54,611 nt of DNA. It comes from an uncultured Candidatus Saccharibacteria bacterium (GTDB lineage Bacteria; Patescibacteriota; Minisyncoccia; Phycocordibacterales; UBA5272). Positions 25,410 through 34,666 of the stretch are shown in pieces. The stretch is from NCBI GenBank assembly GCA_964461165.1, contig CAYWTC010000001.1, positions 1 to 54,611 of the forward strand, read 5' to 3'. The notes under the pieces are model-generated. The model was not told the origin of the DNA. It was given only the letters and a program-made list of their open reading frames with translations, and made no database searches. Numbering within the stretch: the stretch's first letter is position 1; each line of letters starts with the position of its first letter. Position numbers and translations under genes: made by a program.

Positions 25410-26525
25410 TTATTCTATGTGACTAAGGCTGATGCGAATAAGCTCTCGCGCAATGACTCCAGAAGCTTCTCGTGATGAAGAAAACTTTGTAGCTGCTTCG
25501 ACCATACTAGCATAGAGCTCTTTATTTTTTAAGATTCTATGTACTTCTGATATAAAGACGTTTTTAGTGAAATTATTCTCTTCGAGAACTGTTGCGGCAC
25601 CACGAGATGCATACGCATACGCGTTTGATCTTTGGTCGCGACTTACTTTCTCAGAAATAGGAACAATGATAGCCGGTAGTTGCCATAATCCCATTTCAAA
25701 GAGTGACGACCCTGCACGTGTAATACACAGATCCGCCTTAGGATAAAAAAGTGCTGGGTCGAGAAATCCATCAACAAAATATCTATCTTTATGTTCGTTA
25801 TCTTTAAGGATTGACGATGTAATCAATCGCACATCATCAATATGAAGCGTACCCGCTTGATGCACAACGTCATACTCAGTAAGCAGTTCCGGAAGGGCGG
25901 CAATCACCGCTTCGTTGAGCGTCAAACTCCCTTGGGAACCACCGAGAATAAATAATACCGGCCTCTCCCCTACTTCTTTGTTTCGTACAAAGTTTAAAGG
26001 TGGGAGTAGTGCATCACGTATTGGTTGACCCGTCACCGCAACCCTATCCTGATGAGCAGTAAAAAACTTTGCCGCTTCAGGATACGAGAGCGCCACCCGC
26101 GATGCGAAACCACCTGCCCACATTGTCGTCCTTCCTGCCACTGTGTCACTTTCATGAACGACCACAGGGATAGACAGTAGTCGCGCAGCGAACAATGTCG
26201 GAAAACTAGCGTACCCACCCTTAGCAAATACAACATCAGGATAAAGTCGATACATAACTATGAGAGCTCGTACCATACCCCACATCGTGACAAATATATC
26301 CGTTATTGTTTCGAGAGAAAAGTATACTCGCAACTTCCCCGCAGGAACATGTACATAGGTAATACCAAGGTCAAATAGTGCTTTTTCATCGTAAGGCTTA
26401 TCGGAAATAAAGTACAATTCTGGTTGTACGATTTTTTGTGCGAAGGCTTCTTTTTTAACATGATCAACAACCGCAAGTAACGGGTAAAAATGTCCACCTC
26501 CTGCTCCTGTGATGACGATTCTCAT
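25410..26525 (-). CDS. murG: undecaprenyldiphospho-muramoylpentapeptide beta-N-acetylglucosaminyltransferase
   Basis: GAGGGHFYPLLAV N-terminal motif, GT28 layout, dcw-cluster context. Confidence 0.9.
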   Translation of the reverse strand: MRIVITGAGGGHFYPLLAVVDHVKKEAFAQKIVQPELYFISDKPYDEKALFDLGITYVHVPAGKLRVYFSLETITDIFVTMWGMVRALIVMYRLYPDVVFAKGGYASFPTLFAARLLSIPVVVHESDTVAGRTTMWAGGFASRVALSYPEAAKFFTAHQDRVAVTGQPIRDALLPPLNFVRNKEVGERPVLFILGGSQGSLTLNEAVIAALPELLTEYDVVHQAGTLHIDDVRLITSSILKDNEHKDRYFVDGFLDPALFYPKADLCITRAGSSLFEMGLWQLPAIIVPISEKVSRDQRSNAYAYASRGAATVLEENNFTKNVFISEVHRILKNKELYASMVEAATKFSSSREASGVIARELIRISLSHIE

Positions 26526-26528
26526 AGA

Positions 26529-27632
26529 TTATCTTTGGTGTAGTTTATGTTGTTGTGATATTAACAAAAGGACACCGCATTCAAACATAGCTATCATGAG
26601 TGCTGTCCCTCCATGAGATACAAGAGGGAGCGGAAGGCCGGTGAGCGGCAAAATACCCATCATGGATCCTATGTTAAGGGTGCCTTGTGTCAACAAAATA
26701 GTCACAATACCAACCCCAAGCAGTCGACTAAATTGATCCTGTGCTCGTATAGAGACAGTATACCCCCTGAGACCGATAAAAGCATACAGGCCAATAAGTA
26801 GCATAGCGCCGATAAAACCAAGCTCTTCTGCTGCAACTGCAAATACTGAATCCCCTATTGGCTCTGGTAAATAGTTAAACTTTTGAACACTTTGTCCAAG
26901 ACCACGACCTGTTAACCCTCCTGTTCCAATGGCAATAAGCGACTGGTTGAGCTGCCATGATGACCCACGTGGATCGTGCGATCCGTTCAAAAATGTTTTA
27001 ACTCGTTCCATCATGTATGGTCTACTTGCAACCAACACACAGAAAGCGATGATAGCTGCGACGACGAGTGTGATGCAGTGTTTTTTACGAGCGCCTCCGA
27101 CAAAAAAGACGACAAACGATGCAGTCATGATTACAAGGTATGTTCCAAAGTCTGGCTGAGCAAGCATAAGCGCTGATACAAGCATCGCGAGAATTGTATA
27201 TGGCCAAAACCCATACTTCCATTCTTTAAAACGCGAACGATATTGTGTACAAAGCAGTGCAACAATAGCCACAAATGTAAACTTTAGCCCCTCACTTGGC
27301 TGTACACTAAATGCCCCTATATCCACCCATCGATGTGCCCCTCCGTGATAGGTAGAAAGTCCTGGAACAAACACAAGACATGTCGCGAAAAAAGCAGCTC
27401 CAAATAAATACGCTGCATACTTTTTATAGAATGCGATTGGAATACTCATACCAAGAAACATCATAAGCGATCCACCAATGAGCGCATAGATAAACTGTGT
27501 TTTAATAACCGAGTAAAACTTTACTTCATTAACAGCAAGCACGCCAAGCGCAGCTGATCCGAATATAACAAGCCCTCCGATTAAAAGGGTGAGTACTGCA
27601 ATAAGAAGAGGTGTGTCTACTTTTCGAAACAT
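26529..27632 (-). CDS. ftsW: FtsW/RodA/SpoVE-family peptidoglycan glycosyltransferase/flippase
   Basis: 367-aa polytopic SEDS protein located between murG and mraY. Confidence 0.85.
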   Translation of the reverse strand: MFRKVDTPLLIAVLTLLIGGLVIFGSAALGVLAVNEVKFYSVIKTQFIYALIGGSLMMFLGMSIPIAFYKKYAAYLFGAAFFATCLVFVPGLSTYHGGAHRWVDIGAFSVQPSEGLKFTFVAIVALLCTQYRSRFKEWKYGFWPYTILAMLVSALMLAQPDFGTYLVIMTASFVVFFVGGARKKHCITLVVAAIIAFCVLVASRPYMMERVKTFLNGSHDPRGSSWQLNQSLIAIGTGGLTGRGLGQSVQKFNYLPEPIGDSVFAVAAEELGFIGAMLLIGLYAFIGLRGYTVSIRAQDQFSRLLGVGIVTILLTQGTLNIGSMMGILPLTGLPLPLVSHGGTALMIAMFECGVLLLISQQHKLHQR

Positions 27633-27640
27633 GGGGAGAG

Positions 27641-28711
27641 CTAGCTAACAAGCACAACAACGATACCAAGGAGCGCACACATATACGATACGATCCAATA
27701 TCTCATAGCGACCTTGTGCGCAGGCCACCCCTTAGCTTGGAAGTGGTGATGAAGAGGTGCCACAATAAATAATTTTCGTTTAAAAAACTTTTTCCACACA
27801 AGCTGTAATATGACAGACCCGGTGGTAGCCACAAGTGGTAGTGCGATAATTGGCAAATACATAACCGCATCAGTAAGAAACGCAATAACAGAGAGTGATA
27901 AGGATAGCGCAAGCATACCGGTTTCTGTGAGATAAAAGAGTGCAGGACTAACATTAAACCACAAGAAGGCCACAATACCTCCGACCACCACAAAACAAAA
28001 TGTCGCAATATCAATCTGTCCATGTATATAGGCAATAACGCCATATGCTGTAAATATCGCAGACATCACCCCACCAGACAAACCGTCCACCCCATCAATG
28101 ACTCCCGTAGAAAATGTAGCCAGCGTGACAAGTATAAAAAATAGAATAAACGCAAGACCTCCTAACATGACGTGACCGTAAAATGGTATATACACTTCTC
28201 CCAGTCCGAGCTTTACAAAGAACCACCATCCAGCACATAGTCCAAGTAGTGATACCGCACATAAACGAACCGGGAAAGATAACCCCCCACCGACATATGA
28301 GTTAAGTCGACTACCAAACGCCCCTACGACAAGCAAGTCATCGAGGCCTCCGACGATAGCTCCGACAAGCATTGCCATAAGTGGTAGCCATGTTTGATTA
28401 CGAGAAATGAAATCCATTTTCTCTGTTAACACTCCTGGAAACAGTTTTGAAATAGCCCAGAAAAGAAGTGCCGTTATAAACACGGACGCCCAGACAACAA
28501 TACCTCCCATACGAGGAACGGGCGCCCCTTCGTCATTGTGTAGCAGTGCAGTTATTGTAGCGTCTTTACCATCAATAGTCTTTGTAACATTTTTTTTCTT
28601 CCACAACTTATATGAGTGAAGAACTCTTCCAACAATAGGAGCAAGTATGATGCCGATAATAAATGAGACGAGCGCAGGGAGTAAGACCTTAATAGGATCG
28701 AGATGCAACAT
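27641..28711 (-). CDS. mraY: phospho-N-acetylmuramoyl-pentapeptide transferase
   Basis: PRMGG, GGLDDLL and APLHHHFQAKGW motifs. TGATATACT (28722-28730) lies 10 nt upstream. Confidence 0.9.
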   Translation of the reverse strand: MLHLDPIKVLLPALVSFIIGIILAPIVGRVLHSYKLWKKKNVTKTIDGKDATITALLHNDEGAPVPRMGGIVVWASVFITALLFWAISKLFPGVLTEKMDFISRNQTWLPLMAMLVGAIVGGLDDLLVVGAFGSRLNSYVGGGLSFPVRLCAVSLLGLCAGWWFFVKLGLGEVYIPFYGHVMLGGLAFILFFILVTLATFSTGVIDGVDGLSGGVMSAIFTAYGVIAYIHGQIDIATFCFVVVGGIVAFLWFNVSPALFYLTETGMLALSLSLSVIAFLTDAVMYLPIIALPLVATTGSVILQLVWKKFFKRKLFIVAPLHHHFQAKGWPAHKVAMRYWIVSYMCALLGIVVVLVS

Positions 28712-28732
28712 AGTACTTACCAGTATATCAAA

Positions 28733-29638
28733 TTAATAACTTTTTCGGAGTGCTTGATACAGGGTATAAACATCGGTAAAGCGGTCCTCTCTAGTCGATC
28801 CAAGCACGACGATACAAACTGGTCGCCCAAGCGTCGGATCAACGATAATCGCTAGATTACCCCCTGCGTTATCTGTAAACCCTGTCTTTGATGCTACTGC
28901 ACCAAAAAATTGATTAATTGATTGATTTGTATTTGGAATACCAGATAATGCTCTTTCTTGTGTACGCACTGTTACACGCGTATGTGTCGTTGCATCAAAA
29001 AGTTCTGGGTATGTCTGTCGCACCAGAGCCAAGAGGCGTGCGACAGTAACGGCGCTCCCTTTCCCCCCAGCAATACTTCCTGTATCAAGACCGCTTGGAC
29101 TTGTAAAAAATAACTGCATCCCCTTTTCTACTGCAAGTGCATTCATTCGAGCGACAAAGACTTCTTTTCCACCAAACGTATCCGCAATGATGTCTGCCGC
29201 GTCATTCGATGAGAAAACAAGCATATACTTTAAAAGTTCGGAGAGTTTCCATGACTGCTGCGCTTGTAAGCCGAAGTCGAGATTTTTATAGGAAGGAGAA
29301 ATTGTAATTGTCGCACGGCCACCTTCTTCTGAAATCAGCTTACTTGTATATGCTGTCATAATCTTTGTCAGGCTCGCAAGGGGCAACTCTTTCTGTTCGT
29401 TGTGTGCAGCAATCACCTGCCCTCCTACAATGTCGTACACAACGTACGCCTTTGCAGTGACCTGTATATCAGCAAATGCATCTGGTCGTACAAAAAACGG
29501 CGGTGCCTGCTTTTCTTTACGTAGGATTGATATATGGTCATAAGGCTGGGCAAGGTACGACAAACCAACAACAAACACAGTCGCAACACCATATACGAGA
29601 AACATATTGATATAGTCTTTCCGCGCTTTATGCAACAT
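28733..29638 (-). CDS. D-alanyl-D-alanine carboxypeptidase (S11 serine peptidase)
   Basis: SLTK (SxxK), SSND (SxN) and KTG motifs. N-terminal TM. An alternative start at 29605 is possible. Confidence 0.8.
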   Translation of the reverse strand: MLHKARKDYINMFLVYGVATVFVVGLSYLAQPYDHISILRKEKQAPPFFVRPDAFADIQVTAKAYVVYDIVGGQVIAAHNEQKELPLASLTKIMTAYTSKLISEEGGRATITISPSYKNLDFGLQAQQSWKLSELLKYMLVFSSNDAADIIADTFGGKEVFVARMNALAVEKGMQLFFTSPSGLDTGSIAGGKGSAVTVARLLALVRQTYPELFDATTHTRVTVRTQERALSGIPNTNQSINQFFGAVASKTGFTDNAGGNLAIIVDPTLGRPVCIVVLGSTREDRFTDVYTLYQALRKSY

Positions 29639-29641
29639 AGA

Positions 29642-30145
29642 CTATGCAAGTGCGGTAAGCTTCGTCATAAATTCACTATGAATACGAGCAAAGTCTGGCA
29701 GCTCTTCAACTTTTGTCACACCAAGTAATTGCAAGGCCTCATGAGTCAGCGTGCAGACCTCACCACTTCGTGAGATAAGACCACGGACCGATAGTGTACG
29801 AATTGACTGAGAAGACTGCACACCTCGAATTGCAGATATTTGAGCGCGTGTTGGCTCACCACAATATGCCACAAGCGTGAGCACTTGAAGTGTCGCAGGT
29901 GTAAGATCTCCCTTTAATTCTTCTTTCCAAAAAAGCTCTACAACCTCGGCCATTGCAGGCTGTGTCACAATAGCGACCTCACCGTTATGTACCACGACAT
30001 CAAGTCCTATATCTCGAAGCGGCTGTTGTAGTGTTGGCAATACAGCGTCGACCTCTTCTTTTGTAACATGCAAAATAGTTGCTAATGTCTCTGTGGAAAT
30101 CGGCTCACCAGATAAAAATAAAAGTGTTATAACTTTTTGTAGCAT
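29642..30145 (-). CDS. scpB: segregation and condensation protein B
   Basis: LLFLSGEPIS N-terminus, two winged-helix repeats, follows scpA. Confidence 0.8.
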   Translation of the reverse strand: MLQKVITLLFLSGEPISTETLATILHVTKEEVDAVLPTLQQPLRDIGLDVVVHNGEVAIVTQPAMAEVVELFWKEELKGDLTPATLQVLTLVAYCGEPTRAQISAIRGVQSSQSIRTLSVRGLISRSGEVCTLTHEALQLLGVTKVEELPDFARIHSEFMTKLTALA

Positions 30146-30157
30146 ATAATCATTCTA

Positions 30158-30877
30158 TCATGATTGCACACCTTCGATCACAATATCCCCTCCTTCAATT
30201 GCTTGTTCTGCTCTCACCACACCACTACGCACAAGTTCGAGCAATGCAATAAAGTGCACGATAAGTAATTTCTTTTTTTCTTCAACACTTTGTGCGCCGT
30301 CGGCAAGCGCTTCTAGGGTAACTGTCATCGCTCCACGCACACGATCAAGGAGCCGCTCTATAACGACTTCGATACGGAGTGCCTGCTCTACAGCGACACG
30401 CACAAGCTGCTCCGGCTTTATAAATGATGCAAGCGTCAAGAGTGCTATTGATTGTAAAAATGTACCCGTGACACGAGCGTCTGGCACAAACACTGCTCCA
30501 CCTTTATACATAACTCGTGAACGCGTATGCAGCGGACGCTTTCCATATATGTCACGTATATGGGACGCACCTTGGGTCATGAGCGCATGCATTTCAAGTG
30601 CGGACTCTAAATCATGAACCTGACGCTCTTCTTCCTCAGTATATTCAACATGAGGTATGAGAGACTTTACCTTCATAAGCATGAGCGTCGACGCGACCAC
30701 AATAAACTGCGATACATCAAGAGATGCATCTTGTTCTAATGTCTTAATATACGCTATGTAATCATCTGCAATCGCGACCAAAGACACCTCTGTGATCGAC
30801 AACTTCCTCTCGGCTATCATGTCGAGAAGTTTCGTATACGGCCCTTCAAAACGATCGAGTTTAACGTGGAATTCCAT
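30158..30877 (-). CDS. scpA: segregation and condensation protein A
   Basis: FEGPYTKLLDMI kleisin N-terminal motif. TATACT (30884-30889) lies 6 nt upstream of the ATG. Confidence 0.8.
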   Translation of the reverse strand: MEFHVKLDRFEGPYTKLLDMIAERKLSITEVSLVAIADDYIAYIKTLEQDASLDVSQFIVVASTLMLMKVKSLIPHVEYTEEEERQVHDLESALEMHALMTQGASHIRDIYGKRPLHTRSRVMYKGGAVFVPDARVTGTFLQSIALLTLASFIKPEQLVRVAVEQALRIEVVIERLLDRVRGAMTVTLEALADGAQSVEEKKKLLIVHFIALLELVRSGVVRAEQAIEGGDIVIEGVQS

Positions 30878-30923
30878 TGTTCCAGTATATAACTAGCTCC
30901 ACACTCTCACAACGAATAAGCCC

Positions 30924-32033
30924 CTATTTAAGGACCTTAAATAACGCTGGGTCCTGGGCTCCGTCTACCTTAAACACAGCAACACCACCTAGTTTGTACA
31001 GCTTTGCTAGATATATTTTATCTGCTATTGCAAGCGCGTCCGAATACCATACAAGATATTGCTTGGTCACCCCTGGTGTAGCATTACTAGCATCGGTACT
31101 TGATGCATACGTAAAACTCAGCTCTCCTGCAACGTTACGGGTCGGTGTCACACCAATACTTTGCGCTAAGGCTTGTGCATAGTAATAGTTCATAGAACCA
31201 ATACGCTTGTATGTGGTCGCACCATTGTCCTGAGAGTACTCGTACTTATATCCATACGTCGCTACTCCAACCACTATTTTCTTAGCAGGAATATCTTCAA
31301 GTGCAAGCGTGAGGACTTTACGTACCCAGGCGATATCAGACACAGGGCGATAAAGTGTCGTCGCATACCTACCTGTCAGCTGTACGTCTGTCGTCGCTTG
31401 ATCGTACGCCATAATACGCACCTGGTCACATACTTTTCCAATAACTTTGTAGTCATTTGCATATTCAATACTCGCTCGTATGCTTGGAGTAAGTTTCGTA
31501 TATCGAGACTCAAGTGGTGTACGAGCTTCAATCGTGCAGACAAGTTTCTTATTGTTCTTCTTAAGTCGAGCAGCTAGCTCTTGGAGAAATAATGAATACC
31601 CTTGTTTGGTCGCAGCTGTCTTATTCTCGTAATCAATATCAATACCATCAAATTTGTAGTACACAACCTCAGAAACAATCTCGTCTATGTGGGACTTCCG
31701 TTCTTGTGTGTTATTTAAAATACGCTCCATTGCAGCACCATCTGTCCAGAGAATACTTGGGTACACTCGTACTCCTTGCTTCTTTGCATCTGCAAAGAGT
31801 GTTGTCCATGGTTCTTGACGGATACGAGCAGCGTCAATAAGAGATCCTGTACTCGTCACCTCGTATGAAAAAGGACTAATTTCAGTAAATGTAGAAAGGT
31901 ATGCACGTGTTGTACTTGCACCATCAGTTTTCTTCCAATACGGTATCCATGCAGCAGAAATAAATGTCGTTGCAGCATATGACTGCACACATGTACCAAG
32001 CACAAAGATTATAAGAAGAAGAGACTTTTTCAT
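30924..32033 (-). CDS. secreted glycoside hydrolase family 18 protein
   Basis: FDGIDIDYE (DxxDxDxE catalytic motif). Signal peptide MKKSLLLIIFVLGTCVQSYA. The ORF-track start at 32072 lies in the upstream terminator, so ATG 32033 is preferred. Confidence 0.75.
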   Translation of the reverse strand: MKKSLLLIIFVLGTCVQSYAATTFISAAWIPYWKKTDGASTTRAYLSTFTEISPFSYEVTSTGSLIDAARIRQEPWTTLFADAKKQGVRVYPSILWTDGAAMERILNNTQERKSHIDEIVSEVVYYKFDGIDIDYENKTAATKQGYSLFLQELAARLKKNNKKLVCTIEARTPLESRYTKLTPSIRASIEYANDYKVIGKVCDQVRIMAYDQATTDVQLTGRYATTLYRPVSDIAWVRKVLTLALEDIPAKKIVVGVATYGYKYEYSQDNGATTYKRIGSMNYYYAQALAQSIGVTPTRNVAGELSFTYASSTDASNATPGVTKQYLVWYSDALAIADKIYLAKLYKLGGVAVFKVDGAQDPALFKVLK

Positions 32034-32040
32034 TATGTTG

Positions 32041-32049
32041 ACTATAGCA
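32041..32049 (-). promoter_or_regulatory. extended -10 element (TGCTATAGT) of GH18 gene
   Basis: Lies 7 nt upstream of ATG 32033 on the minus strand. Confidence 0.5.
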
Positions 32050-32050
32050 T

Positions 32051-32084
32051 AAAAAATACGGGCGCACAGCAAGCTGCGCGCCCG
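32051..32084 (-). terminator. intrinsic terminator of cassette F
   Basis: GC-rich stem cgggcgc.ca/tg.gcgcccg (32059-32084, one mismatch), followed on the minus strand by UAUUUUUU. Confidence 0.6.
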
Positions 32085-32099
32085 ATACGTAGCACCCCG

Positions 32100-32441
32100 C
32101 TACTTGCCCTGCTCTTTCTTGTAAGGCAACAGCGTGGCCGTAACCACACCTGCGACGCGACGTATGAAGATCGTATCGCGAGGATACAGCTGCCAGTGGA
32201 CGGATACCAGCCGTCCGTTCTCAATTTTGGCAAGAGGCTCACGCCCTGCCACCTCGAACATATCAAGGCACTGCTCATATTTCAAAGGGTGCCCCACGCG
32301 CTTGCTAGCGCCCATGCAGGTGTCTCCGGGTGCAACCTCGATCACACTGATCAAGGTTGGAGCGAGCACAACATCGGCCTGCACAGCCGAGGTCGCACAG
32401 ACGAACAAGAGTGCGGTAACAGTAGAAACGAACTTGCTCAT
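32100..32441 (-). CDS. hypothetical small secreted protein, 113 aa (GC-rich cassette F)
   Basis: AGGAG (32448-32452) lies 6 nt upstream of the ATG. Signal peptide MSKFVSTVTALLFVCATSAVQA. GC-rich (34/60 at 32161-32220). No family recognised. Confidence 0.6.
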   Translation of the reverse strand: MSKFVSTVTALLFVCATSAVQADVVLAPTLISVIEVAPGDTCMGASKRVGHPLKYEQCLDMFEVAGREPLAKIENGRLVSVHWQLYPRDTIFIRRVAGVVTATLLPYKKEQGK

Positions 32442-32489
32442 GGAAGTCTCCTTAGGTGAGCGTTAAGCCAGAATAGGCGTGATTATATT

Positions 32490-32510
32490 ATACTACTTTT
32501 ACAGTAGTAT
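32490..32510 (-). terminator. AT-rich hairpin downstream of aspS
   Basis: 8-bp stem atactact/agtagtat with loop tttac. Weak tail. Confidence 0.35.
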
Positions 32511-32528
32511 GTCAAGTTTCCACCTGCC

Positions 32529-33938
32529 TTACTTTCGTATATCAATACCTAGTTCGCGAAGAGCTTTTGATGTCGTAGGAGCTGGGGCTTGCATCAAAAG
32601 GTCCTTACCTTCACCTGTCTTTGGGAACGCCATCACCTCGCGGATATTTGGCTCATTAAGGAGAATCATAAGTAGTCTATCAAGACCCCACGCAATGCCA
32701 CCGTGTGGTGGGGTACCTGAACCAAGTGCCTCTAACATATGTCCGAAACTGTTATCTATTCTCTCGCTTGAATAACCCATTATTCTAAACACACACCTTA
32801 GTGCTTCTGGGTCATGAAGTCTAATTCCACCACCGCCAATCTCGTACCCGTTAAGTGCAACGTCATACTGAGTGGAAACAATATTCTCAATATTTTTCTT
32901 TTCGAGAAGGTCGTTCTTATACTCATCGAGGACTCCGGTAAACGGGTTGTGAGTAAACGTCCACGCACCCGTATCGTCCACATTGTCCTCGCCTGTTTTT
33001 TCAAATGCAGGAAAATCAGTCACCCAGCAGAATGCGAGGAGGTTAGGATCATTCTTGTCTTCTCTGATGTCAGGTTTGTCAGAATTGTACTTCTCCATCA
33101 CTTCCTTGTATGTAAAGCGTGGAAATGGAAGCTGCTGAATTTTCTTTTCAGGAAATAGTGTAGTGACAATCTTCACGAGTAAATCTTCATTCACCTTCAT
33201 GACATCTTCTCTTTCTACGAAACTCATTTCCATGTCCATTTGAGTGAACTCTGGCTGACGGTCCCCTCTCGTATCTTCGTCACGCATACACTTTGCAATC
33301 TGGAAGTAGCGTTCAAATCCAGACGACATAAGGAGCTGCTTGTACTGCTGCGGTGATTGTGGAAGCGCATAAAAAGATCCTTGCCAGAGACGTGACGGCA
33401 CGAGATATGACCGTGACCCTTCCGGCGTAGGATTAGTAAGGAGCGGTGTCTCTATTTCAAAAAAGTTTTGCTTATCGAGTTCATCACGAACAAGCTTGAT
33501 AACCTTGTGACGCATTTGCACGTTTTTTTGGAGGCGCGCACGGCGAAGGTCGAGGTACTTCTTCTCAAGTCGCACTTCTTCTCCGACTTCATAGCCATCG
33601 GTTGAAATATCAAAGGCGGGGGTTGTGGCTTCGTTTAGCACAGCTATATCAAGCACTTCAAGTTCTACGTCACCATTTACGACATCTGCTTTAATATTTT
33701 TTTCAGGACGCTTATTAACTTGAGCCGTTACTGCCACCACCCACTCAGGGCGAAGCTTTTGAGCTACTTCAAGTGCCTCAGTGTGACTCGGCAACACTAC
33801 GGCTTGTACTTTACCAGTCACATCACGAAGATCCAGGAACACCATTTTCCCCTGATCACGACGAACATCTACCCAGGCTTTTACGATAACCTGTTCCCCA
33901 ACGTGCGCACTTATGTTTTTGATTAAAGTTCTTTGCAT
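32529..33938 (-). CDS. aspS: aspartate--tRNA ligase (compact, about 469 aa)
   Basis: OB-fold N-terminus (VFLDLRD) and class II motifs including QSPQQYKQLLM. ATG 33938 is preferred because the ORF-track start lies inside the leader terminator. Confidence 0.9.
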   Translation of the reverse strand: MQRTLIKNISAHVGEQVIVKAWVDVRRDQGKMVFLDLRDVTGKVQAVVLPSHTEALEVAQKLRPEWVVAVTAQVNKRPEKNIKADVVNGDVELEVLDIAVLNEATTPAFDISTDGYEVGEEVRLEKKYLDLRRARLQKNVQMRHKVIKLVRDELDKQNFFEIETPLLTNPTPEGSRSYLVPSRLWQGSFYALPQSPQQYKQLLMSSGFERYFQIAKCMRDEDTRGDRQPEFTQMDMEMSFVEREDVMKVNEDLLVKIVTTLFPEKKIQQLPFPRFTYKEVMEKYNSDKPDIREDKNDPNLLAFCWVTDFPAFEKTGEDNVDDTGAWTFTHNPFTGVLDEYKNDLLEKKNIENIVSTQYDVALNGYEIGGGGIRLHDPEALRCVFRIMGYSSERIDNSFGHMLEALGSGTPPHGGIAWGLDRLLMILLNEPNIREVMAFPKTGEGKDLLMQAPAPTTSKALRELGIDIRK

Positions 33939-34170
33939 ATAAATTAAATAATCCGTACAAAAGTATTCGAAAAATATATTCAAATACTTTTGTACGGACG
34001 ATTACGGGAACCGTGGTGCCACCATACCTTGCCACCTATCTGTGGCCACTTTATATTGAAAATTCTATAAACTCCAAAGGTGTCAGCTTCTTCAACGCTT
34101 ATATAATCAATACTATCAGAGCTACACTTTTTGTAAAGAAATGAATGGTGGTAAGGATTATTTAAGTTTG
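33939..34170 (-). promoter_or_regulatory. T-box-like leader (antiterminator/terminator switch) of aspS
   Basis: Read on the minus strand. The T-box motif is GGUGGCACCACGG (34024-34011). Helix A1 is GUAUGG/CCGUAC and helix A2 is ACGG/CCGU. The mutually exclusive 16-bp terminator is UCCGUACAAAAGUAUU/AAUACUUUUGUACGGA (33952-33998), then a U-rich run into the AUG. The UGGC bulge fits a G73 discriminator. GAAGAAGCUGACA holds a candidate GAC specifier (34084-34082). Stem I was not resolved by eye. Confidence 0.65.
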
Positions 34171-34209
34171 ATAGTATGCAAGATATATTGTACACAAAGG
34201 AGCCCTTTT

Positions 34210-34506
34210 ATGGACCTAGTAAAAACGACGTGGGTGGCGATCCTTACGGACACCGACGAAGAGTCACTGCTTAATTTCTCTGAGCTACTCATACTGCGAG
34301 CTGTGCGACAATGCTTGAGTATCTCGGTGGTCATGTATGACAACGTAGCAGACGCACGTGTAGGAATACAGGTCCGAAAGCCATTCGTAGTGTCGATCAC
34401 TCCTGACCTACGCCCACAGGGTAATGAGGGTATCGAGAAGTGGTCGGGGCTGGATCTCCTGAATACCACCTCGGAGCTCAAGACCCCCCGCCATCGTACT
34501 CGGTGA
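34210..34506 (+). CDS. hypothetical protein, 98 aa (GC-rich cassette G)
   Basis: AAGGAG (34197-34202) lies 7 nt upstream of ATG 34210. No family recognised. A competing antisense ORF (34158-34517) has no SD. Confidence 0.5.
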   Translation: MDLVKTTWVAILTDTDEESLLNFSELLILRAVRQCLSISVVMYDNVADARVGIQVRKPFVVSITPDLRPQGNEGIEKWSGLDLLNTTSELKTPRHRTR

Positions 34507-34666
34507 CTATACATCAAAGCAGTTACGTGGCGCGCTCATCAGGCGTCGAATAACCGCTCAGCCGCAGGCGATAATCAACCCCCACTCCGCAGTTGCATAG
34601 GCAGAAGCAGTACTCACGCAGCTGATGTGACCCGGCAGCAGTAAGAGTACTGCAATCAAGGCAAAC

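Noticed and set aside
33980-34209. ORF 33980-34195 (minus) and the 5' part of ORF 34141-34506 (plus).
   Set aside because: The minus ORF lies entirely inside the aspS T-box-like leader and terminator. The plus ORF's upstream portion has no SD, whereas ATG 34210 has AAGGAG 7 nt upstream.
34504-34644. UGA reassignment (genetic code 4 or 25), suggested by the 45 open codons after the TGA of the cassette G ORF.
   Set aside because: All long backbone genes are intact under the standard code. Cassette A gene 1 also ends in TGA and is followed by a proper SD-led gene. A 45-codon open run in GC-rich DNA is not statistically compelling. It is kept only as a minor note in the cassette G finding.
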